Shown here piece after piece: positions 57,058-64,000 of a stretch of 64,000 bases of DNA. The stretch comes from Bilabrum cf. latius. Taxonomy: Eukaryota. The stretch is from NCBI GenBank assembly GCA_965178125.1, contig OZ237753.1, forward strand, positions 620,001 to 684,000. The letters run 5' to 3'. Under the pieces are notes generated by a model. That model made no database searches, was not told the origin of the DNA, and saw nothing but the letters and a program-made list of their open reading frames with translations. Position numbers and translations under genes: made by a program. Each line of letters starts with the position of its first letter. The first letter of the stretch is position 1.

Positions 57058-57706
57058 GACTGTCATTGCAGCGGCTGGGGGAGGGTGTAGGCTGGGTGCA
57101 GTCGGCCGGTCGTCTCGTCCAAGGGATGAATAGGGAGGGCGTGTTATCCTGGGTGGAGGCAGGCAGGGTGGTTGTTGCGGGGCGATACGATACTTGCGTG
57201 CACAAAGCGTGGAGTGCACTTGCTACAGGGGCCATGGGGCCTTTTGCGCGCATGGGCAGGCACCGTAAACCAATGGGCTGGCCAGAGACGAAACCTTGGC
57301 TGGCTTAGTAGTGGTGCTGCGCCCAGAGCCAAAGTCGGCCATGGCCTGGCTTGGAGCAGTGGAATTTGCCTTTGGTAAGTGCAGTATTTGCTTTGCATCG
57401 TCGTGGGATACAGAACGGAGGCTTGGGAGAGCGATGATTTGCGCGGTCGGTCGATTGTGCTCGGTTGAGTCCTTTTTCAGTCGCTGTAGCTGCGGAGCTC
57501 AGTCGGGCTGATTGTATTCAGTTGCATGTGTTTTCTTTGACAGGGAACTTAGATCATACACAACAAAAAGCATGTCACAAACCATCACTTAGGGCGAGCC
57601 GGAGGCGAGATGCTTTAGGGCGAGACCAATCTCGCCACAGCGCCACGACCAAACAAGGGTGGTTCGAGCAGGATTATGCATGTATATGTCTCCTAAGGTC
57701 TCTACT

Positions 57707-60700
57707 TCATGGCTTGAGGCCATCAATTGACACTCGAGGGACTTCGGCGGCAGCAGTCGGTTCCGCACCTGCTGGTTCGAATGCTCGGGACCGAGCGGCA
57801 TTCGTGCCGCTGCTGCCAAGATCAAAAGCGGGCTTCGCCGTAGCATTTATCCCGCTTACAGGTGTTGATTCCCTACGATGATCATCCGGTGAAGCGTCCC
57901 GCCTCCGGCTCGCTCTTACCGTGCGACCGCCTTGAATCTGCTCGAGCGCTCGCATTAAGTCCTTGGCCTGCTGCAGATCGCGCTCCCACTCCTCCGGCTC
58001 TTTAGGCTTACCAGCAGCACCTGTGCTGCCATATGACTGCATCCGCCGCCTTCCAGCTGCAGCTATCCCAGCTCGATCACTTGCCCCGCCCCCGCTGCCC
58101 CTCGCAGCCGAGACGAGCCCGATCTCTGCATCCACGTCCATGCCCAGCCCCCCTGCCCTTTGCAGCACGTCGCGGACTCTGGACTTGCGGTCGTTGTCAC
58201 CCACCTCCTGCTCCTTCCCCGACACTGCATTGCGATGCACCCCCGCAGAGCTGGGATACTCGTCCAGCCGCCTCAGCATGCCCCTCTCCTGATCCTCGAT
58301 CCTCGAGACTCGCCCAGCCATGCCGTCCAGCTCGCCCCTCACCTCTCTGAGCCTCTGCCGCACGGCTTCCTCCCTCTCAGCCGCCTCTAGAGCCGCTGTG
58401 GGAGTGCCCATCTGGGTGTCCCTCGACCGGAGCTAGTGCCTCAGCTCGGGGGATGGGACTGGGTCATTGTCAGACTAGCACTGCGCTGTGCCCCTCGAGA
58501 CTGTGTGGTCCGGCTCGCGGGCAATGGCCGAAGGTACGGCGGGGCCTAGAATCGATGGCGCGATCCTGCTGTGGCTTCGGCGGGATTGTGCCTCTGGTTT
58601 CCCTGCATCGGTGGGGATCGACCGGGCGCCCTATTCACCAGGGTGCACATGGGATTGACCACCACCTGTTCCGCTCGGTGCTCCGCTGAGCCTCGGGGAC
58701 GCTGGCACAGTCATCCTGTCCAGCTCGCTCTCGTCCAAGATGTCACCCAGGAGCAACACGTCGCTGTCGTCCACAGCACCGTTCGAATCCTCCGAAGGGC
58801 CAGCGACCGGTGTGCCTATCCATCCGCCAGCAGCCCCAGGCCCGACCCCTGCGGGTGAGACGAGGCCAGCACTGCCAACCGACGCGCTCGGTCTGTGCCC
58901 TTGCCGCGGCGATGAGAAATGCTAGAGAGCCTAAGGCACGGTACTAGATATAGGCAGCCCCTCAGCAGAGATTCGAACGGACACGCCCCTCTTCTCGCCC
59001 TGCACACCGCGTGAGCCAGCTGTGCGCAGCTGGGTTTCGCTGGCGGTGAAAACAGCCTCGTGCTCATCAGCAGCAGGGACAGTAGATGCCCCCGCTAGCT
59101 TCGAGACGCTACTACCATCCTGCCTCCGGGCATCACCCCTAAGTTCCTGCGGGACAGGCATCCGCAGCAGCCGAAGAGATCCCAAAGCACCGCCGGCTCC
59201 ATCACCTGCGCGAGAATCCGGCTGGTGACTTGCCGCTGCTGCTCGCCCCAGCGACTCCCGCTCCTGACCAGTGCTAGGATTGAGAGCACGGAAAGTGCTA
59301 GGCGCGCTTGTACCTCGATGAAATGGCCTGGTGACGCGCGTCCTGCCGGGTGTGGTTCCTGATTGTGTCGAGGAGTCGGTCGTATCGACATCCACCAGGG
59401 ATCTCCTTCTATCTGCCCCACTATGCTTCCGGGCTTGCGGTAGTGCTCGACGCGCGGCAGCAGGCATCGTCTGCAATGGGGCCACTTTCCATCCGTCTAC
59501 AATGGCCCCGGGGTGCTGCTGTGCTGCAGTCCGCACCTCAGCTGCTAGCTTGCTCGAAGCCGCCAAGGTGGCACTAAGAGGACCAGCGATCTTTGAGGGA
59601 GCTTCTCGCTCTGTTCGTATCCGGCTACGAGACGATGCTCGGCTATCATGGGGTGGAACGTGCGCATTGGTCGAGCCGGCAGTCGGTTTCTTGCCCCGCA
59701 AGAGTTGTTGGCCCCGTTGAATCCTCTCCTGCAGCGAGCGCAGATGCTGGGTCTGGCCATGAGCACCAGAGTCTCGGAAGCTGGCAGCGGATCGTCCGTG
59801 GGCCAATGACTCGCGCAATGCTTCACGACTTGTTCCAGGTTCAATTGAGCTGATCGGCAGTTGGCGCGTCGGCACAGGGTCAAAGCCATCGCCGCCCGTC
59901 TAGTCCTGGCTAGAATCCAACGGGTCGGTCTGCATCGCTGTCTCTGTCTCTTGCCTCTGCGATACCGTCTCGAGTTCATCTCTCCTTCCGTCGCAGCCCG
60001 GCATCGATGCAGAGAGATCCAAGACAGTCCGCGGGGACGTCGCCGCTCCCTCGGTTGGCTGTGCCTGCTCCGGCTGGGCGTCTGCAACCTGCCTCGCGGC
60101 GGGCGGCACGGGCGGCACGTCGGCAGCACTCTCTGAGTTGTGATCCACAGAGAATCCCACCGATTTCACGCGGCACTCCCGCTGGGCCTTGAACGACGAT
60201 GAGCCAGGAGACGTGGTGGGCGGAGCAGACACGAGGTCTGAGTCCAGCAGCAGCATCGCACTCTAGTCAGGGGACTTCCCCAGGGCTGGTGACAACGATG
60301 TTGTCTCCTTGGCACCAGCGGTCTCTTCAGTGGGCAGTTGCACCTCTTCAGAAGACTTCAAAGCGAAGTGATCGCCGCTATCGCTAGCTATTTGGGCTGC
60401 TTGCTCTGCTGACAGGCTCTCAGCTGGGCTTTTCGCGAGAGCGGCACGAGGCAAAGGCTCGATGCTTGCAGAGGCTTCCGCGCAAGACTCTGCAGCAAAC
60501 CCAGTTCTACTTGAGGCGGCAAGATTCCCTTTCTTTTGTCGGGGTACAAGCTTCAGATCGTCTTCGTCGTCTTCTTCTCCAGAAACATGGCCTCCATCCG
60601 CCCCTGCCACTGACAGCCGATCCTCTAGCGTCTTGCCCCATGACTCGTGCTCTTGCTGCAACTTTCGAATGGCTTCAAGGGAAGTTTTCTCGCTGCTTGA

Positions 60701-63700
60701 CGTGCCTAGGTCATGCCTTGCAGCGTCCGCACCAGATGATGGACGCATCCCATCGGCCTCGAGCTCTGTGCCAGGGGCGGCACCGTCAGCGAGCCTGCCG
60801 GCAGCAGTCATTGTCTCATGGTACTGCAATGTTGCCAACTCGATGTCCTTGGCTTCTTCTGTGGATAGACCTGCACGGATATCGCTGCTATCGACATCCA
60901 GCTATGGAGCACCCAGCCATGATGCCACTGTGCGCAGCTGCTTGGGTGCGTCAGCCGACAGGGCAGGATGCTCCGAGCCCGCAGTTGCAACCGCATCATC
61001 CTCTCCATCGCCATCGCCCTGGCCGCCACCAAGGCTTGCAATCACATCTGCCATCTCGTCGACGTCCTAGGCCATGGTGGTGGGAGCCAAAACGTGCATG
61101 GCATGGCGCTTCGCTGCCGCCTCGGCAGCGGCGCGATCCCTGGCTCGTTTCCTGGCGATCCTCTCCGTCGCTGAGTCGAGATCAAAATTGTCGTCACCTT
61201 CAAGTCGGTGCCTTGCGGCTTGAGGCTCGCCGCGTGCCTATGCCTTGCGCGGTTCCATCGCTCTACCAGCACCGTCTCGAAGTGCACCCTCACGCTCGTT
61301 GCGTCGCCCAGCCACGAGGTCCCTCACCACCTCTCGCACCGGGCGGCCACTTGAAGGGGACGGCCCCCGTTCCGCCAGGGGCACAGGCTCCCCTGTATCT
61401 GCATCTACCCCATGCGCCTCGCCCTCGATATCTTCAGGCACGTCTGGAAGCACAGATCGCGGCGATGACGCGGAGGCCGCGCCCAGCCCGAAACCCTTAA
61501 CTGGTGCACCCGTGGGCGCAGGCATGCTTGACCGCATTCCGGATCGCCCCGAGGAGGAGCGTCCCGGTGATGATGCGCTGCCCGTAGACGATGAAGACGA
61601 ACTCCTGCGTTGGCGCGACTTCCTGACGGCCGGGTTCGCGTCAGACTCCCACCACGGGTGGAACAGGATGCCCTCCTAGAGGCGGCTGCAAGCAGTGGTT
61701 GCGACATCGTGGGCGAGGCCGCAGGGAACGAACGGGGCCAAGGACCGAGCAGCTTCTGGGTTGCCAAGCACGGCTTCCAGCTCGCGCTCGCTCAGCTCGT
61801 ACCCGAAGCGGTTCATGCGCGCCATTGACCACATCAGCAGAATCCAGCTGCTCTTGGCCAGGTCTCGGGGAGCAGTTGTTTGGGAAGATCCGGGGCTGTT
61901 CCGGACTGAGGCGTGCTCGTGATCGGCACCCCCTGGGCTTCTCAGCTGCAGCAGACTCGCAGGTGGGCACACAAGACCTACGATCCCTGCATCTGTCGAT
62001 TCCATGCTTCTAGAGTCCAGCGTCCCGGTTGCATCAGCTCGAGCCTGCCGATGCAGCTCGTCGAGCCTCGGTGCGAAAGCAGCTGCTGTTCCATACTCGG
62101 CTGCAGCGGCCCCCGGCTAACTCTGCGCCCAGGTTGACTGCGATGATGCCGCGCTCGCTACAGCAAGCACCCAGGCATGTGGACTCTCGATTTGGAGATC
62201 GGCGTCTGGATCTGCCACCGCGGCAGCTAAGAAGCAGGCCGCGGCAGGCAGCCCACACGCAGCTAGAGCCTATGCCAAGGCCCTCGAAAAAGTAAGCACA
62301 TTAGAACTGATACCTCCTTGCTCCCTGGCTTGTGCCCTAGCGACCCGGGAGCACGCTCGGATGCTCTCGGTGATAACGAAGCGCGCTGCCTGCTTGGACC
62401 GGACGGACCCACCGCGCGCCCTGAGGACTGCCGCGGCTGCTCGAATGATTGCGTTCATATCCTTGCCTTCTTGTGTCCCGTCTATTGAGAGGATGGCCTA
62501 TACGGCCGCGAGGCGACCATGCGATACACTGCGAGCAATCAGGCCTAGCAGTCGCCCAGCACAACCCATGATCTGCTGTCGTTCAAGCCTGGAGACCCAC
62601 TCTGGCTCTGTGGGTGGGCCAAGCACCTGCAGTTCGGAGCCGCTAGAGGAGGCTGCCGCATTGCCAGAATCCCGGGGCGATGGGTGTTTCGCCAGTGTCA
62701 TGGCAGAAATGAGTCCTTCAAACACGTGCTTTCCGCGAGTGCCGATGCTCCTTGCGCACACAAACAGAACGTCGAGGGCAACGCACAAGCGACGGAAGGC
62801 CGCAATGCGCTGCTAGTCCATCGACTGGGACTCTCCGCCTCTGGCTAGCGCTCTGAGGATGGTGCTGGTCGTTGAGAGGTACTTGGGGTCCACCGAGCAT
62901 CCTCGGCGTCGGGCAGCTGCGATGATCTCTCGCATCGCTGCGTCCAATGCGACGGCAAGACTGCCAGCAGCCTAGTTGCCAGCAGAGCAGGCTGCCCGGT
63001 TCCTGTGTCGGGCACGACTCCGGCCGCACGCCGCCACAGCAAACAACCGCAGCCAATGCGAAGTAGCAGCCAGGGTATCTCCCTCACTAGACGTGGCAAT
63101 TTCACCCGCTGCCTGGGACAAGGACGCATCCACAGCCTATAGAATTCTGCCGCAATCCGCTTGAGCATCGTTTTTGGCCTGCAGTCGCGCGTGCTAGCTT
63201 GAGAACCCGCCTGCTTCGAGCAAGAAGGGCGTGCCCGCCACGAGGCACCCAGCCGCTTCCACAGCAAGCATCACATCCTATGAATAGGGTGCGAGGGATT
63301 GCATTGCCCGCTCCGCTTCATCGACCGCCTCGCGGAGCACATCCATGCGGAGGTCGTGATCGCGACGGCCCACGCAGGCGCCTGCCACCGACAGGATCGC
63401 AAACACGTCCGATCTGTTCCCCTGTTGCACGAGCTGTTTCAGCCGCGCCGTAAAGGCGGCCTGCATTGCCGCTTTCGGAAGCCTGGGCCTGAAGTACTTC
63501 GCTATGGCAATCGTAGCGCTTGCGTGTTGCAAAGCGATGCCAACTGACGGCACAAGCGAATCGACATCCACATGGCGCCCGTCCAGCTGCAGTTTCCAGG
63601 TAGCAGGCATCACGCCACTACCACTGTCGAAATCCTAGCCAACTCCTGCTTGTGCTTGCCCAATAGACAGCTAAGCAATATAAGCCCTCTCGTCAGACTG

Positions 63701-64000
63701 TACATCGTGCTGTGGCACAGCCGATACCCTCGCTCCAGCAAACATGGCCGCGTACGTAGCCACGGTGCTGCACCGGGCACCTAGCAGCAACTCAACACCA
63801 AGTGCAGGCGTCACCTCTGGGACAGCGAGAACTCCCCGTTCGGCCGTCTCCCTCTCAATTGTCGCGAACCGAACGACATCACTGTGGCGCACAGGCCTAC
63901 CTGCCACACCAGTCATCACGCCAGCAATCGAAGGCGGGTCTAGACAAGGGGCCTCATGGGGCAGCACGACGTGCATAATGCCATCTTGATACTTGCCTTT
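57707..64000 (-). CDS. Very large hypothetical protein (>2090 aa, 5' end outside the window): helical N-terminal part and long low-complexity C-terminal part
   Basis: One frame, open from the window edge to TGA 57707, with more than 20 TAGs and no TAA/TGA found when the inter-ORF segments were translated by hand. Confidence 0.75.

Noticed and set aside
57054-57545. Extra coding exons of the calmodulin-like gene (GTGAG at 57054, GTAAGT at 57375, AG at 57543)
   Set aside because: Splicing at these sites adds only a short unconserved peptide; they may be 3'UTR introns, which cannot be resolved without transcripts.
1-64000. tRNA-CUA, eRF1, rRNA or transposase/integrase genes in the window
   Set aside because: None was recognised by eye; the decoding machinery must be sought elsewhere in the genome.

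Overview
GC-rich, gene-dense eukaryotic nuclear DNA (protist-like, spliceosomal GT-AG introns of about 87-275 nt). The main discovery is that the window appears not to use the standard genetic code. Dozens of in-frame TAG codons interrupt otherwise intact, domain-complete genes, while every well-supported gene ends in TGA or TAA. Conserved-motif context indicates UAG = glutamine with UAA and UGA still stops, a rare split of UAG from UAA. With TAG read as Gln, the fragmented ORF track collapses into about 19 genes. These are an extended SDR reductase, an LRR protein, a GlcNAc-6-sulfatase-like sulfatase, a RING protein, Miro GTPase, CENP-C, three ankyrin-repeat proteins, a TLDc protein, a 1795-aa Clu-domain/UIM/TPR protein, a PhyH dioxygenase, an FMC1/LYR-like protein, an App1-like phosphatase, a Kizuna-like coiled-coil protein, a calmodulin-like protein and several large hypothetical proteins. 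Secondary observations: four interleaved inverted-repeat pairs at 6.5-18.2 kb (gene fragments, a shared 5' region, a TIR-like bounded 3.75-kb segment), a C-terminal module shared by four proteins with different N-termini, two minisatellites that each amplify a gene's own stop codon, a 95-bp MITE-like element and a mosaic patch inside the sulfatase. All assignments were made by eye from motifs; no database search was run.
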